Assembly: GCA_033852155.1 (NCBI GenBank)
Contig: JAWSVA010000010.1
Span: forward strand, 65,412-129,411
From: Gammaproteobacteria bacterium
GTDB lineage: Bacteria > Pseudomonadota > Gammaproteobacteria > QZLD01
Direction: 5' to 3'
DNA length: 64,000 bases
How positions within the stretch are numbered: position 1 is the stretch's first letter; every line of letters begins with the position of its first letter. The notes beneath the pieces are model-generated. The model was not told the origin of the DNA, searched no databases, and saw only the letters and a program-made list of their open reading frames with translations. Below, piece by piece: positions 1-10,717 of this stretch. A program made the translations under genes and the position numbers.

Positions 1-14
1 ATGTAATAGTGATT

Positions 15-638
15 CTAATCTATCTTTCGATTTCTAGCCACATAATATACCTCACGACTTCTTGGTCTTGAGGCTTTTGGTTTACGCGTGTACACCTTTG
101 TAAACGCTTGATTTAGTTCTTTCATTGTTTCCTGAAACCCTTCACCTTGAAAGACCTTGGCTACGAAGTCCCCTCCTGGCTTAAGGGTTTCTTTGGCAAA
201 TTCCACTGCCAATTCAACCAGATACATTGCTCTAGGCTGATCTACTTCATTATGACCACTCATATTTGGTGCCATATCTGAGACAACAGCATCTACTTTT
301 CTATCCCCTATTATCTCTAAAAGTTTTTGAAATACTTCATCTTCACGGAAATCACCTTGAATTGAAACAACTCCTGGAATTGTGTCCATTGGCAAAATAT
401 CGAGTCCGATAACTTCACCACTATCACCAACCTCTTCCGCTATATACTGCGACCAAGCGCCTGGGGCGGCACCTAAATCAATAATTAACATTCCCGGTTT
501 AAAGAGTCGATCTTTTTGCTGAATCTCTTTCAGTTTATATACAGCGCGGGAGCGATACCCATCTTTTTGCGCCATTGCGACATATTCATCGTCAAAATGT
601 TCTTTTAACCAACTGCCACTAGATTTACTTCTTGCCAT
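15..638 (-). CDS. rlmE: 23S rRNA (uridine2552-2'-O)-methyltransferase RlmE/FtsJ
   Basis: 207-aa translation has the SAM-binding motif region ([11 protein letters not shown]) and overall FtsJ/RrmJ architecture (KLKEI..., DMAPNMSG). It is divergent from yhbY, as in E. coli. Confidence 0.9.
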   Translation of the reverse strand: MARSKSSGSWLKEHFDDEYVAMAQKDGYRSRAVYKLKEIQQKDRLFKPGMLIIDLGAAPGAWSQYIAEEVGDSGEVIGLDILPMDTIPGVVSIQGDFREDEVFQKLLEIIGDRKVDAVVSDMAPNMSGHNEVDQPRAMYLVELAVEFAKETLKPGGDFVAKVFQGEGFQETMKELNQAFTKVYTRKPKASRPRSREVYYVARNRKID

Positions 639-774
639 TAAAAACCTTTGTTTATTCTAAAATTTATAGCTTTTTCATTTCACTTATATCAGCGCAATGA
701 TAGAATTCGCTGCTATTTTATACTATTCGATCTAATTTGTTCGATAGTTTGTTAATTCTCTATAGGAAAACTTC

Positions 775-1095
775 ATGGATTCATTATCAACAATTCAAAA
801 AAAGCATCTTAAAAAACTTGGGCATGACCTTAGCCCTGTTGTAAGACTTGGCAATGCTGGTCTTACAGAGGCTGTGATGAATGAACTCAACATTGCAATC
901 GAACACCATGAATTGATTAAAGTTAAAATTCCTGCAGAGCGTGAATCTAGAAAAGAGATTGCTGCAAAAATATGTGAAGATTGTGGCGCTATTTTAGTTA
1001 ACAGCATTGGCCACATCATCCTTATATTTAAACGTAATCACCCTGCACCAAAGATTGAGTTTCCGAAGAAGGAAAAGAAGTCGAAGAAGAATTAA
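775..1095 (+). CDS. yhbY: CRM-domain RNA-binding protein YhbY
   Basis: 106 aa with KKHLKKLGHDL...VRLGNAGLTEAV...HELIKVKI, typical of the YhbY/CRS1 family. Divergent from rlmE with conserved synteny. Confidence 0.8.
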   Translation: MDSLSTIQKKHLKKLGHDLSPVVRLGNAGLTEAVMNELNIAIEHHELIKVKIPAERESRKEIAAKICEDCGAILVNSIGHIILIFKRNHPAPKIEFPKKEKKSKKN

Positions 1096-1182
1096 TATTC
1101 TTTTTAAAAGAGATGCTGACTCATGTCGTGCTCACAACAGAGCTCAGCATCCTTAATTATTATTCCAATCTAGCTCTAAATA

Positions 1183-2526
1183 TCACCATATCTGATTTTG
1201 TTTGGCATCAAATTCCAGCTGTTCCCTGAAGTCAGGGTGAGCAATTGCAATTAAGCGTTTGACTCGTTCACGAATCGATTGGCCTCGTAACCAAGCAACA
1301 CCATGTTCCGTTACAACATAGTCAACATCGTTACGAGATAAGGTTACTGTTGTTCCCACCTTTAACATCGGTACTATGCAAGATACTGTCTTTACATTGC
1401 CATCATCATCTTTGATATCTGCTGTTGAATATAGAGCAATGAAAGATTTACCCTCTGGACATATTTGCGCACCCACTGCAGTATCAGCTTGCCCACCCGT
1501 TCCGGAATACTGTCTGGAACCAATAGATTCAGAAGCGCACTGCCCGGTAAGATCAACCTCAATAGAGGTATTAATGGAGACCATTTTATAGTTTTGTCCA
1601 ACAATATATGGATCGTTGGTCCAGCTACCTGTTTTAAATAACACTCCTGGATTGTCATCTACAAAATTATAGAGTCGTTTACTTCCAAGTACGAAGGTTG
1701 CAACAGCCTGGCCACGGTAAAGAGTTTTTCTTGAATGGTCTACTGCACCACATTCAACAAGATCGGCCATTCCATCTGTAAACATTTCAGTGTGGATACC
1801 TAGGTGTTTCTTTACCTTTAGTGCTTCTGCCACGGCATTGGGAATCGCGCCAATTCCAAGCTGAAATGTGGATCCATCATCAACTCTTTCTGCAATAAGC
1901 TCGCCTATCTTTTTATCTTTCTCATTGAGCGGAATTTCTGGTAATGCTGGCACTTCATAATTCACATCAACCAGTGCATCAATTTCAGAAATATGAATTC
2001 GTGTATCACCTAAAGAACGTGGAACATTTGGGTTCACTTCAACAATGACCAGAGCGCCATGATCGACTAGATCCCTTTCATAAGTGCACCCCATGCCCAT
2101 GCTTAAATAACCATGTTTATCCATTGGAGAGCAACTGCAGAATAATACTTTGCGCCTATCAGACATGGCGCATAGCCGTTTTTTCAAAGCTAAATGAAGG
2201 TGTTTGGGTACATGACTTATATTGCCAGCAGCATGTGCATTACGCACACCCGCTGAAAAAAACCAACAACCAACGAATATCGCATCAGCATACTCAGGAT
2301 TCTTAATGAACTCGTAATTTGCCATCGGAAGAGTGTTTGAAAGTTCACAATTCCGTACACCGTTATTTTTAACTGTATGTAGCAGGTGCAAAAGTTGTAT
2401 AGGCTCTCCACCACCAAGAGCAGTTACGATATAATCATCAGATTGTATCAGAGCCAGAGCATCTTCATTACACATGGCCTTTTGCTGATAAAGCGCATTA
2501 TAAACTGTCACATCGTCTCCTATCAA
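1183..2526 (-). CDS. acetyl-CoA hydrolase/transferase family protein (4-hydroxybutyrate/succinyl-CoA:CoA transferase-like)
   Basis: 447 aa with the N- and C-terminal halves typical of the acetyl-CoA hydrolase/transferase family (GIGAIPNAVAEAL, EMFTDG, GGQADT). Sits 20 nt downstream of the FabH-like gene on the same strand. Confidence 0.7.
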   Translation of the reverse strand: MIGDDVTVYNALYQQKAMCNEDALALIQSDDYIVTALGGGEPIQLLHLLHTVKNNGVRNCELSNTLPMANYEFIKNPEYADAIFVGCWFFSAGVRNAHAAGNISHVPKHLHLALKKRLCAMSDRRKVLFCSCSPMDKHGYLSMGMGCTYERDLVDHGALVIVEVNPNVPRSLGDTRIHISEIDALVDVNYEVPALPEIPLNEKDKKIGELIAERVDDGSTFQLGIGAIPNAVAEALKVKKHLGIHTEMFTDGMADLVECGAVDHSRKTLYRGQAVATFVLGSKRLYNFVDDNPGVLFKTGSWTNDPYIVGQNYKMVSINTSIEVDLTGQCASESIGSRQYSGTGGQADTAVGAQICPEGKSFIALYSTADIKDDDGNVKTVSCIVPMLKVGTTVTLSRNDVDYVVTEHGVAWLRGQSIRERVKRLIAIAHPDFREQLEFDAKQNQIW

Positions 2527-2545
2527 ATTCTAATTTGAATCCTAT

Positions 2546-3622
2546 TTAGCTCTTTCCCCAACGAATCAGCGCGCTTGAAAACGCATATCCTGTTCCCGCC
2601 CCTAGCAGACAGACCAGAGATCCATCTTTGATTTTGCCAGACTTAATCCCAAGATCTAATGCAATCCAGTTATCACTATGACCACAGTGTCCATAATCAT
2701 AGAGATATTCTGTTTTTTCCTGCTCTATTCCTAGCTCTGCCATTACAGCAAAGTGTGCCCGAGGATTAGTTGTTACCAGCGACATAAAATCAATATCATT
2801 TGTCTCATAATCATTTACATCACAGGCTTTTTTAACGACACCAGTAAAATCTGCAAGAGACCTACTTCCAAGATCTGCTTTCATTCGCTCTGGATCGGGG
2901 ATAGTAAGTTTATTAACCTCATCAAGCAAAGCTGGATTTTCTACAATAGCTTTGGCTTTTTCTAATGTCATATGGTTACGAGAACCGCCATGGGTGCAAA
3001 CCACATCAGTTGCAAACACAGGATCTGTAAGAATACCAGTTCCAACCAGTTGATTTCGATCGTAATCACGTTTGAGTATAGTTGCAAATGCCGATGGTGC
3101 CAGGTTATACATAAAGCTCTGGTTTGGGTCATTATAATTGACCAGATATGCATTAGCATTGCCACCCACTACCATCACGGTTTTAAGATTTGGGTCCGCC
3201 ATCATCATCTCTTGGGCCACTTTTAGCCCCAGAGGAGAACCGGCACACCGAAATGATAGGTCAAATGCATAACAAGATTCGGCTGAAGCCCCAATCTGCT
3301 GCTGAATATAGATACCAACAGTCCAGCAAGTAAATTCGGCGTAGGACTCACCAGCATAAACAATCATGTCGATTTCATCTGCACCAATATCTGTTTTTTT
3401 AAGTACGTCCTTCGCAGCCTTTACTGCCATGATCCCTGGGTGATCATCCGGCCCGCCAACGTATTTACGGTGAATACCCATTTTATCTCTAAGAACATCT
3501 ACTGGAACATTTATTTCGGCTGATAGCTCATCGGCTGTGATTGTTTTATCTGGAAGGTAAATTGAATAATCAACTACGCCGACTTTACAAGAATTCATAC
3601 TGCAATCTCCAAGTTTCTTCAA
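2546..3622 (-). CDS. FabH-like 3-oxoacyl-ACP synthase III family condensing enzyme
   Basis: 358-aa thiolase-fold KAS III-like protein with a candidate active-site Cys in FRCAGSPLGL and a C-terminal GHCGHSDNW...LLGAGTGYAFSSALIRW region. The true start is probably the internal Met (MNSCKVGVVDYSIYLP, about 3598). Confidence 0.65.
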   Translation of the reverse strand: MKKLGDCSMNSCKVGVVDYSIYLPDKTITADELSAEINVPVDVLRDKMGIHRKYVGGPDDHPGIMAVKAAKDVLKKTDIGADEIDMIVYAGESYAEFTCWTVGIYIQQQIGASAESCYAFDLSFRCAGSPLGLKVAQEMMMADPNLKTVMVVGGNANAYLVNYNDPNQSFMYNLAPSAFATILKRDYDRNQLVGTGILTDPVFATDVVCTHGGSRNHMTLEKAKAIVENPALLDEVNKLTIPDPERMKADLGSRSLADFTGVVKKACDVNDYETNDIDFMSLVTTNPRAHFAVMAELGIEQEKTEYLYDYGHCGHSDNWIALDLGIKSGKIKDGSLVCLLGAGTGYAFSSALIRWGKS

Positions 3623-4032
3623 TTTTCTGGCTTATCTTCTACCATTTTTTAATGGTATATAATCACATTATAATGCTGTTAACTATAAGTAAATCCATTG
3701 TATTTTATACGCATCATTCACATTCACTATAGTACGCCAGATTTAATTTGGAGTAGATTTGATATTTCATACTTAATATATTTAAAAACAGATAGATAAA
3801 ACAGATACTCACAGCACCAGCAAAACCAATATTCAGAAGCATCAAGATATTCATGCTGCAAACAATATTCATAAAACATGATCTAGTTAACATTTAAATT
3901 TTTGGTAACTGCGAGAAAAATGATGCAGTTGCAAATATATCTCGTTCCAATGCGCCGTCGTTGCAACGCATACATAATTTTATGCCTGTATCAATACAAT
4001 GAATACGCATTCCAACGAGGAATTTTTATTAT

Positions 4033-4060
4033 AAAAAAAGGGCGCTTATCTAAGCACCCT
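4033..4060 (-). terminator. rho-independent terminator downstream of greA
   Basis: Minus-strand transcript forms GGGUGC-uuagauaa-GCGCCC followed by a U7 run, immediately after the greA stop. Confidence 0.6.
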
Positions 4061-4095
4061 TTAATCAAATATATGAAATTTTTGATACTTTTAAA

Positions 4096-4575
4096 TTAGA
4101 TATAAAGAACCTCTAAAATCTCAAATTCACGCATCCCATCAGGTACTGATATTGATATCTCATCGCCCTCTTCTTTCCCAACAAGCCCTCTGGCAATTGG
4201 TGAAGAAAAAGAGATACGGCCTTGTTTAATACTAGCCTCATCCTCGCCAACTATCTGATATTTTTCTTCTTTCTCGGTATCTATATCCAGAAGTATCACA
4301 GTTGAACCAAAGATCACTTTACCACCCGCGTCCATCTCAGTAACATCAATAATCTGCGAGTTACTAAGTTTACCATCGATATCTTTGATTCTACCTTCAA
4401 TAAAACCTTGTTGTTCACGAGCAGCGTGATATTCGGCATTTTCTTTTAGATCGCCGTGCGCCCTTGCTTCAGCAATGGCTTCAATAACCTTTGGTCTTTC
4501 TTCGTATTTAAGTTTCTTTAACTCTGCACGAAGTTTTTCTGCGCCCTTTAGCGTTAAAGGTACTTTATTCATCAT
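4096..4575 (-). CDS. greA: transcription elongation factor GreA
   Basis: 159 aa with the full-length GreA N-terminal coiled coil ([17 protein letters not shown]...[12 protein letters not shown]) and C-terminal FKBP-like domain. Confidence 0.93.
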   Translation of the reverse strand: MMNKVPLTLKGAEKLRAELKKLKYEERPKVIEAIAEARAHGDLKENAEYHAAREQQGFIEGRIKDIDGKLSNSQIIDVTEMDAGGKVIFGSTVILLDIDTEKEEKYQIVGEDEASIKQGRISFSSPIARGLVGKEEGDEISISVPDGMREFEILEVLYI

Positions 4576-4584
4576 AATTAATCC

Positions 4585-7500
4585 TTAATGTAACTCTTGT
4601 AGGCAGTAGACTGTTTCATTATCAATATGATCCAGTGCCAATATCGTTGCTCTCGCTCCAGATATAGTTGTAGTATATGGAACCTTTCTATTCAAGGCTT
4701 CACGTCTAATTGAGAATGAATCAGCGATTGCTTGCTTACCCTCTGTTGTATTTACAATCAGGGAAACTTCACCATTTTTCATTGCATCAACGATATGTGG
4801 TCTGCCTTCAAGCACCTTTTTGATGATTTCACACTCTATACCATTTTCTTTCAATACTCTTGCAGTACCGCGAGTTGCAATAACATTAAATCCTTTCAAA
4901 ATTAGCTGTTTTGCAACTTCAACTGCTGATGCTTTATCAGCATCTCTAACGCTGATAAATGCACTGTTTCTTTCAACCGGCAGATGAACGCTAGCACCTT
5001 TTTGCGCTTTTAGGTACGCTTCAGCGAATGTAGTGCCTACCCCCATAACTTCACCAGTTGATTTCATCTCTGGCCCAAGGATTGGATCTGCACCCTTGAA
5101 TTTTGAGAATGGAAATACCGATTCTTTTACCGAGAAGTGAGTCGGTTTAAGCTCAACCAGCATATCCTGGTCTTTCAGGCTGGTTCCAGCCATACATCTT
5201 GCAGCAACTTTGGCCAATGGCCGGCCAATTGCTTTAGAAACAAATGGTACTGTTCTTGAAGCTCTAGGATTAACCTCTAGCAAGAAGATTTTATCACCTT
5301 GAATTGCGAACTGGGTGTTCATTAGACCGATTACACCAATCCCATGCGCCAGCTGCTTCATTTGCACCCTGATTCTGTCTTGGATCTCTGCACTTAGAGT
5401 ATATGGAGGAAGTGAACATGCTGAGTCACCTGAGTGAACTCCTGCCTGCTCGATATGCTCCATGATACCGCCAATCAATACGTCTTCACCATCACAGATT
5501 GCATCAACATCAACTTCAACCGCATCATCCAGGAAGCGATCTAGAAGTACAGGGGACTCATTAGATACCTTTACGGCCTCTGTCATATAGCGCACAAGAT
5601 CTTTTTCATCATGAACGATCTCCATCGCTCTACCACCTAGCACGTAGGATGGTCTTACCACAAGTGGGTACCCAATCTCTTCTGCTAACTTTGGGGCATC
5701 CTCTGCATTCATACAGATACGGTTTGGCGGCTGAATTAACCCTAGTTTATCAACTAATTGCTGGAATCTTTCTCTATCCTCAGCTAGGTCAATTGAATCT
5801 GGTGATGTTCCTATAATTGGAGCACCTGCTTTTTCAAGGTCATTTGCCAGTTTAAGAGGTGTTTGACCACCGTACTGTACAATGATCCCTTTAGGCTTTT
5901 CTTTATGTACGATCTCTAGCACATCTTCTAGCGTAAGAGGCTCGAAGAATAATCTGTCAGATGTGTCATAGTCTGTTGATACAGTCTCTGGATTACAGTT
6001 AACCATAATGGTTTCATAACCATCTTCACGCATCGCAAGAGCAGCGTGAACACAGCAGTAATCAAACTCAATACCTTGACCGATTCTGTTTGGGCCGCCA
6101 CCAAGTACCATTATCTTCTCTTTGTCACTTGGATTGGCTTCACACTCCTCTTCATAGGAGGAGTACATGTAAGCTGTTGCAGCTGAGAATTCTGCCGCAC
6201 AGGAGTCAACGCGCTTATAGACAGGTCTAATATCGAGATCATGCCTTCTGTTACGCACCTGCATCTCTGTCACTTCTAGAAGCTTAGCCAGACGTCTGTC
6301 TGAAAAACCTTTTTGCTTTAACTTGAAGAGTTGCCTTGCTTCTATATCAACTAACTCAACACCTTTGATTGAATCTTCAATATCGATGATCTCTTCGATC
6401 TGAGCCAGGAACCATGGGTCGATTGCGGTGAATTCATTGATATCTTCTAGTGACATTCCTGCTCTGAATGCATCAGCAACATACCACAGCCTATCAACCC
6501 CTGTTGATCTTAGGTTTTGACGAATAATGGTTAACGCATCTGGATCACTAAGATCTACATGCTCGTCTAAACCATCAACACCAATCTCAAGACCTCTTAG
6601 AGCTTTTTGCATAGACTCTTGGAAGGTTCTACCGATTGCCATCACCTCACCCACAGATTTCATCTGGGTGGTCAAGATTGGCTCGGTGCCTGGGAATTTT
6701 TCAAAAGTGAAGCGAGGAACCTTAGTCACAACATAATCAAGTGTAGGCTCAAATGATGCTGGAGTAGCGCCGCCTGTAATCTCATTTTGTAGTTCATCAA
6801 GTGTATAACCAACTGCTAGTTTTGCTGCAACCTTTGCAATTGGGAAACCTGTTGCTTTTGAAGCAAGAGCTGACGAACGCGATACCCTTGGGTTCATCTC
6901 GATGATTATCATCGCGCCATCTTCTGGATTTATCGCAAACTGTACGTTTGAACCACCTGTATCAACACCAATCTCACGCAGTACGTCAATCGATGCGTTA
7001 CGCATGATTTGGTACTCTTTATCAGTAAGTGTTTGTGCTGGTGCTATAGTGATTGAGTCTCCAGTATGGATACCCATTGGATCTAAATTCTCGATTGAAC
7101 ACACGATTATGCAGTTATCTGCTTTATCGCGCACAACTTCCATCTCGTACTCTTTCCAACCTAATACAGACTGCTCGATAAGAACTTCTGTGGTTGGAGA
7201 TAGATCAAGTCCGTGCTCAACGATTTCAATGAATTCTTCACGATTATATGCGATACCACCACCAGATCCACCCATAGTAAATGATGGTCTGATAATTAGA
7301 GGATAACCTAGATTTTTCTGGGACTCTAGGCCATCTTCAATGGTACGTACAACATATGACTTCGGAGTCGACAAGCCAATCTTGTTCATAGCAACGCGGA
7401 AGCGTTCTCTATCTTCTGCCTTATCGATAGCGTCACGTGACGCACCTATCAACTCAACACCATGCTTTTCTAAAACGCCATTATCCGCAAGATCCAATGC

Positions 7501-7794
7501 ACAGTTTAGAGCTGTCTGCCCACCCATTGTTGGCAGCAAAGCATCTGGCTTCTCTTTTTCGATGATCTTTTCAACCACCTTCCATTCAACTGGTTCAATA
7601 TATACAGCATCTGACATCTCTGGGTCTGTCATGATAGTAGCTGGGTTTGAATTGACCAAGATTACGCGGTAACCCTCTTCCTTCAGCGCTCTACAAGCCT
7701 GAGCTCCTGAGTAGTCAAATTCACAAGCCTGACCAATTACGATAGGTCCTGCACCAATAATCAAAATACTTTTAATATCTGTACGTTTTGCCAT
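4585..7794 (-). CDS. carB: carbamoyl-phosphate synthase large subunit
   Basis: 1069 aa with two ATP-grasp halves, an oligomerisation domain and an MGS-like domain. The N-terminus is [23 protein letters not shown]. Confidence 0.96.
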   Translation of the reverse strand: MAKRTDIKSILIIGAGPIVIGQACEFDYSGAQACRALKEEGYRVILVNSNPATIMTDPEMSDAVYIEPVEWKVVEKIIEKEKPDALLPTMGGQTALNCALDLADNGVLEKHGVELIGASRDAIDKAEDRERFRVAMNKIGLSTPKSYVVRTIEDGLESQKNLGYPLIIRPSFTMGGSGGGIAYNREEFIEIVEHGLDLSPTTEVLIEQSVLGWKEYEMEVVRDKADNCIIVCSIENLDPMGIHTGDSITIAPAQTLTDKEYQIMRNASIDVLREIGVDTGGSNVQFAINPEDGAMIIIEMNPRVSRSSALASKATGFPIAKVAAKLAVGYTLDELQNEITGGATPASFEPTLDYVVTKVPRFTFEKFPGTEPILTTQMKSVGEVMAIGRTFQESMQKALRGLEIGVDGLDEHVDLSDPDALTIIRQNLRSTGVDRLWYVADAFRAGMSLEDINEFTAIDPWFLAQIEEIIDIEDSIKGVELVDIEARQLFKLKQKGFSDRRLAKLLEVTEMQVRNRRHDLDIRPVYKRVDSCAAEFSAATAYMYSSYEEECEANPSDKEKIMVLGGGPNRIGQGIEFDYCCVHAALAMREDGYETIMVNCNPETVSTDYDTSDRLFFEPLTLEDVLEIVHKEKPKGIIVQYGGQTPLKLANDLEKAGAPIIGTSPDSIDLAEDRERFQQLVDKLGLIQPPNRICMNAEDAPKLAEEIGYPLVVRPSYVLGGRAMEIVHDEKDLVRYMTEAVKVSNESPVLLDRFLDDAVEVDVDAICDGEDVLIGGIMEHIEQAGVHSGDSACSLPPYTLSAEIQDRIRVQMKQLAHGIGVIGLMNTQFAIQGDKIFLLEVNPRASRTVPFVSKAIGRPLAKVAARCMAGTSLKDQDMLVELKPTHFSVKESVFPFSKFKGADPILGPEMKSTGEVMGVGTTFAEAYLKAQKGASVHLPVERNSAFISVRDADKASAVEVAKQLILKGFNVIATRGTARVLKENGIECEIIKKVLEGRPHIVDAMKNGEVSLIVNTTEGKQAIADSFSIRREALNRKVPYTTTISGARATILALDHIDNETVYCLQELH

Positions 7795-7842
7795 GTCTTC
7801 TGTCTTTTCTCTATCGTTGGTGTATTTTATCTTTGCTCAATA

Positions 7843-9000
7843 TTAGGCGTTTGCTTGTTGCATAAGTTCGATAAAGTGATCGAACAAAGGAGCTACATCA
7901 TGCGGACCTGGACTTGCTTCAGGGTGACCCTGAAAACTAAATGCTGGTCTATCAGTTAAATGTATACCCTGCAAAGATTGATCAAATAGTGATTTATGCG
8001 TCATCTCTACATTTTCTGGCAAGGTTGTTTCATCAATAGCAAAACCGTGATTCTGACTGGTAATCATAACCTTTTTGGTTTTAAGATCTTGAACCGGATG
8101 ATTACCACCATGGTGACCAAACTTCATTTTCATTGTTTTTGCGCCGCTAGCTAAACCAAGCAACTGATGACCTAAACAGATACCAAATACAGGAACCTTA
8201 GTTTCAAGCACCTCTTTGATTGCTGAGATAGCATAATCACAAGGCTCTGGATCGCCAGGACCATTTGATAAAAATACGCCATCTGGATTCATTGCCATAA
8301 CTTCGCTTGCAGGTGTCTGCGCAGGCACAACAGTCAATTTACAACCGCGATCTACCAACATACGCAGGATGTTTCTTTTTACACCGTAATCATATGCTAC
8401 AACGTGATATTGAAGATCTGCTGCATCTGTATCTTTTGCATCTTCAGTTCCATCGGTAAGCTTCCATGAACCTTTGGCCCACTGAAATTGCTCTTTAACA
8501 GTGACCTCTTTAGCAAGATCCATCCCTTTCAGGCCTGGAAACTCTTTAGCTGTTTCAACAGCTTTTGCCTCGTCAATCTTATCACCAACCATGATACAAC
8601 CATTCTGCGCACCTTTATCACGTAGGATTCTGGTTAGCCTTCTGGTATCAATATCTGATATCGCGACAATTTTATTACGGGTGAGGTAATCACTAAGGCT
8701 CTCTTCAGATCGCCAGTTACTTAAAACTGGAGGGAGATCGCGAATAATTAATCCGCTTAAATGTAACTTATCTGATTCAGCATCGATTGCGTTTACACCA
8801 ACGTTACCAATATGTGGGTAAGTCAATGTAACGATCTGCTGACTATAGGAGGGGTCTGTTGCTATCTCTTGATAGCCGGTCATTGAGGTATTAAATACAA
8901 CTTCTCCGGTTGTGATACCATTTGCACCAATGGATTCACCGCGGAAAATACTACCATCTTCTAGAGCTAAAATTGCTGGCTTGTTCAAAGCTTTCTCCAA
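7843..9000 (-). CDS. carA: carbamoyl-phosphate synthase small subunit (glutamine amidotransferase)
   Basis: 385 aa with a CPSase small-chain N-domain and a class-I GATase (GICLGHQLL). The ORF track begins at TTG 9000. A second in-frame TTG at 8986-8988 is preceded by GGAG at SD spacing and gives an N-terminus matching E. coli CarA length, so 7843..8988 is the likely CDS. E. coli carA also uses a UUG start. Confidence 0.93.
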   Translation of the reverse strand: MEKALNKPAILALEDGSIFRGESIGANGITTGEVVFNTSMTGYQEIATDPSYSQQIVTLTYPHIGNVGVNAIDAESDKLHLSGLIIRDLPPVLSNWRSEESLSDYLTRNKIVAISDIDTRRLTRILRDKGAQNGCIMVGDKIDEAKAVETAKEFPGLKGMDLAKEVTVKEQFQWAKGSWKLTDGTEDAKDTDAADLQYHVVAYDYGVKRNILRMLVDRGCKLTVVPAQTPASEVMAMNPDGVFLSNGPGDPEPCDYAISAIKEVLETKVPVFGICLGHQLLGLASGAKTMKMKFGHHGGNHPVQDLKTKKVMITSQNHGFAIDETTLPENVEMTHKSLFDQSLQGIHLTDRPAFSFQGHPEASPGPHDVAPLFDHFIELMQQANA

Positions 9001-9520
9001 ATTCAGACGTACAAAAACGGGAGGTTAAGCTTGCCTCCCGTGGATTTATGAATTTTGTGTAAGTAACCCAGTTCATTCACAAGATATGTTGAAATTCAGG
9101 TGAATTTTCTCGGTTGGGCACCAAATCTGGGAGTGAATGATACTTGAAACACAGAGATAATTCTATGGCTAATGTAGATAATATTAAAGTATGCTGGGAT
9201 TTTTTAAGTTGCAGAGGAAATTAACCTGCTTATAGCATTAACTGCAGTGGTTTTTAAACCATTCTACCAGTAGTTTTTATCTAGAATTGCACGATTAATA
9301 TATATTGATAAATTTAATTTCATGTCAACCGATGTGGTTTTGATGCGTTACTTATAAGCAATTGTAGGTGTGCAACGAATCAAATGAACAAATCCTGCAT
9401 AAAAATATGCTATACGACAATAATTTAATCTAGAATAGAAACCAAAACATAGCATTTTTATAGGGCAGTTTTTATAGATATCGACCAGAATTTGTCAAGA
9501 TCTGCTCTTGACCGGAGAAA

Positions 9521-10717
9521 GTGATGAAAGGCCGTTTTTTTACCCATTGGATACTCCCGCTATTGATTGCAGTAGGGGCGATTTTTGTTGCTTATTGGTT
9601 TATTGCCATGGCCCCAAAGGCCAAACCAAAGCCCGCTGCGGAGCGCACAGCAACAATTGTCGAAGTTATTAAACCTGAATATGGTAGTTTCGCAGTTGAA
9701 ATTAACACCATGGGCGAAGTAATTCCATCCAAAAGTCTTTTATTGACCTCTAGAGTATCTGGAGAAGTTACCGCGATCTCTCCGAACCTCGAGGCTGGAG
9801 GAATTATTAGCAAAGGCGAACTATTAGCCAAGATCGATGACCGTGATTACCAACTGATTAAACAACAGCGCGAAGCTAATGTTCAAAATGCTAAAAGCGC
9901 GCTGCTTTTAGAGCATGGAAAACAGATAGTTGCAAAAAATGACCTCAAACTTTTAAACAGGGCTAAAAAGTTCAGTAAAATACAGCTGGATTTGGCATTG
10001 CGCAAGCCGCAGCAGCTACAAGCCCAGGCAGAGCTTGCGAAAGCAAAGGCATCACTGAATGAAGCTAATCTGGCGATAGAGCGTACTCGTATTTATGCTC
10101 CGTGGGATGCAATTGTAATTGAGCGCAACATCAGCGTAGGCTCTAACATTAATACCCAGCAATCTGTGGCTTCGTTAATTGATTACAAGCAATACTATAT
10201 CAAGGCTTCTATCCCTGCAGACAAACTGGTCTATCTAAATAGTGGAACCGATGCCAGTAAAGCCATTATCATATCTAAATCCAGCAATAAACCAATAGCA
10301 GCCACCCTGCTGAACATCCTTCCATCCCTAGATAATAAATCACGCTTGGCCCAAGTATTAATCTCTGTAGATGACCCGTTGGGCATTGATAGCGCTATTG
10401 ATGATAATATAAAAAGAAAAGCAAAAACTGACCTTATCGTTAATGACTTTGTACAGGTAAAAGTTGTTGGCATACCGCTTGAGAATATCTTCCGCATTCA
10501 CAGATCTCATGTACGCGATGGCAATACGGCATGGGTTATGCGCGACAAAGCCCTGGTAATCATATCTGCCAAGCCTGTACATGAAGACCGTGATTACATC
10601 TATTCCTATTCCGATATCAAAGCAGACGACCTTTTGGTTATATCCAATCTGGCTACACCCGTTTCCGGCATGAAATTGGCCACTGCAAAAAACCAAGCTG
10701 ATAAGAAGCAAAAATGA
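9521..10717 (+). CDS. RND efflux periplasmic adaptor (HlyD/AcrA family membrane fusion protein)
   Basis: 398 aa with an N-terminal TM anchor and coiled-coil/lipoyl/beta-barrel adaptor layout. Its stop overlaps the start of the downstream RND permease (ATGA coupling). Confidence 0.75.
   Translation: MMKGRFFTHWILPLLIAVGAIFVAYWFIAMAPKAKPKPAAERTATIVEVIKPEYGSFAVEINTMGEVIPSKSLLLTSRVSGEVTAISPNLEAGGIISKGELLAKIDDRDYQLIKQQREANVQNAKSALLLEHGKQIVAKNDLKLLNRAKKFSKIQLDLALRKPQQLQAQAELAKAKASLNEANLAIERTRIYAPWDAIVIERNISVGSNINTQQSVASLIDYKQYYIKASIPADKLVYLNSGTDASKAIIISKSSNKPIAATLLNILPSLDNKSRLAQVLISVDDPLGIDSAIDDNIKRKAKTDLIVNDFVQVKVVGIPLENIFRIHRSHVRDGNTAWVMRDKALVIISAKPVHEDRDYIYSYSDIKADDLLVISNLATPVSGMKLATAKNQADKKQK

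Noticed and set aside
6527-7672. Plus-strand ORFs of 69-134 aa inside carB; similar antisense ORFs inside dnaK, dnaJ, the RND genes, the MCP genes, the kinase and the eCIS genes
   Set aside because: They lie entirely antisense within strongly supported conserved CDSs. Their composition is low-complexity and there are no RBS or start signals, so they are ORF-finder artefacts.
9001-9520. tRNA or small RNA gene in the 520-bp carA / RND-adaptor divergent region; other >200-bp gaps were scanned the same way
   Set aside because: No cloverleaf-compatible GC-rich ~75-nt segment and no GTTCGAATC-type T-arm were seen in any intergenic gap. The region is AT-rich and promoter-like.
9592-9831. 79-aa minus-strand ORF overlapping the RND adaptor gene
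   Set aside because: It overlaps the conserved N-terminal part of the adaptor gene on the opposite strand, so no independent support.
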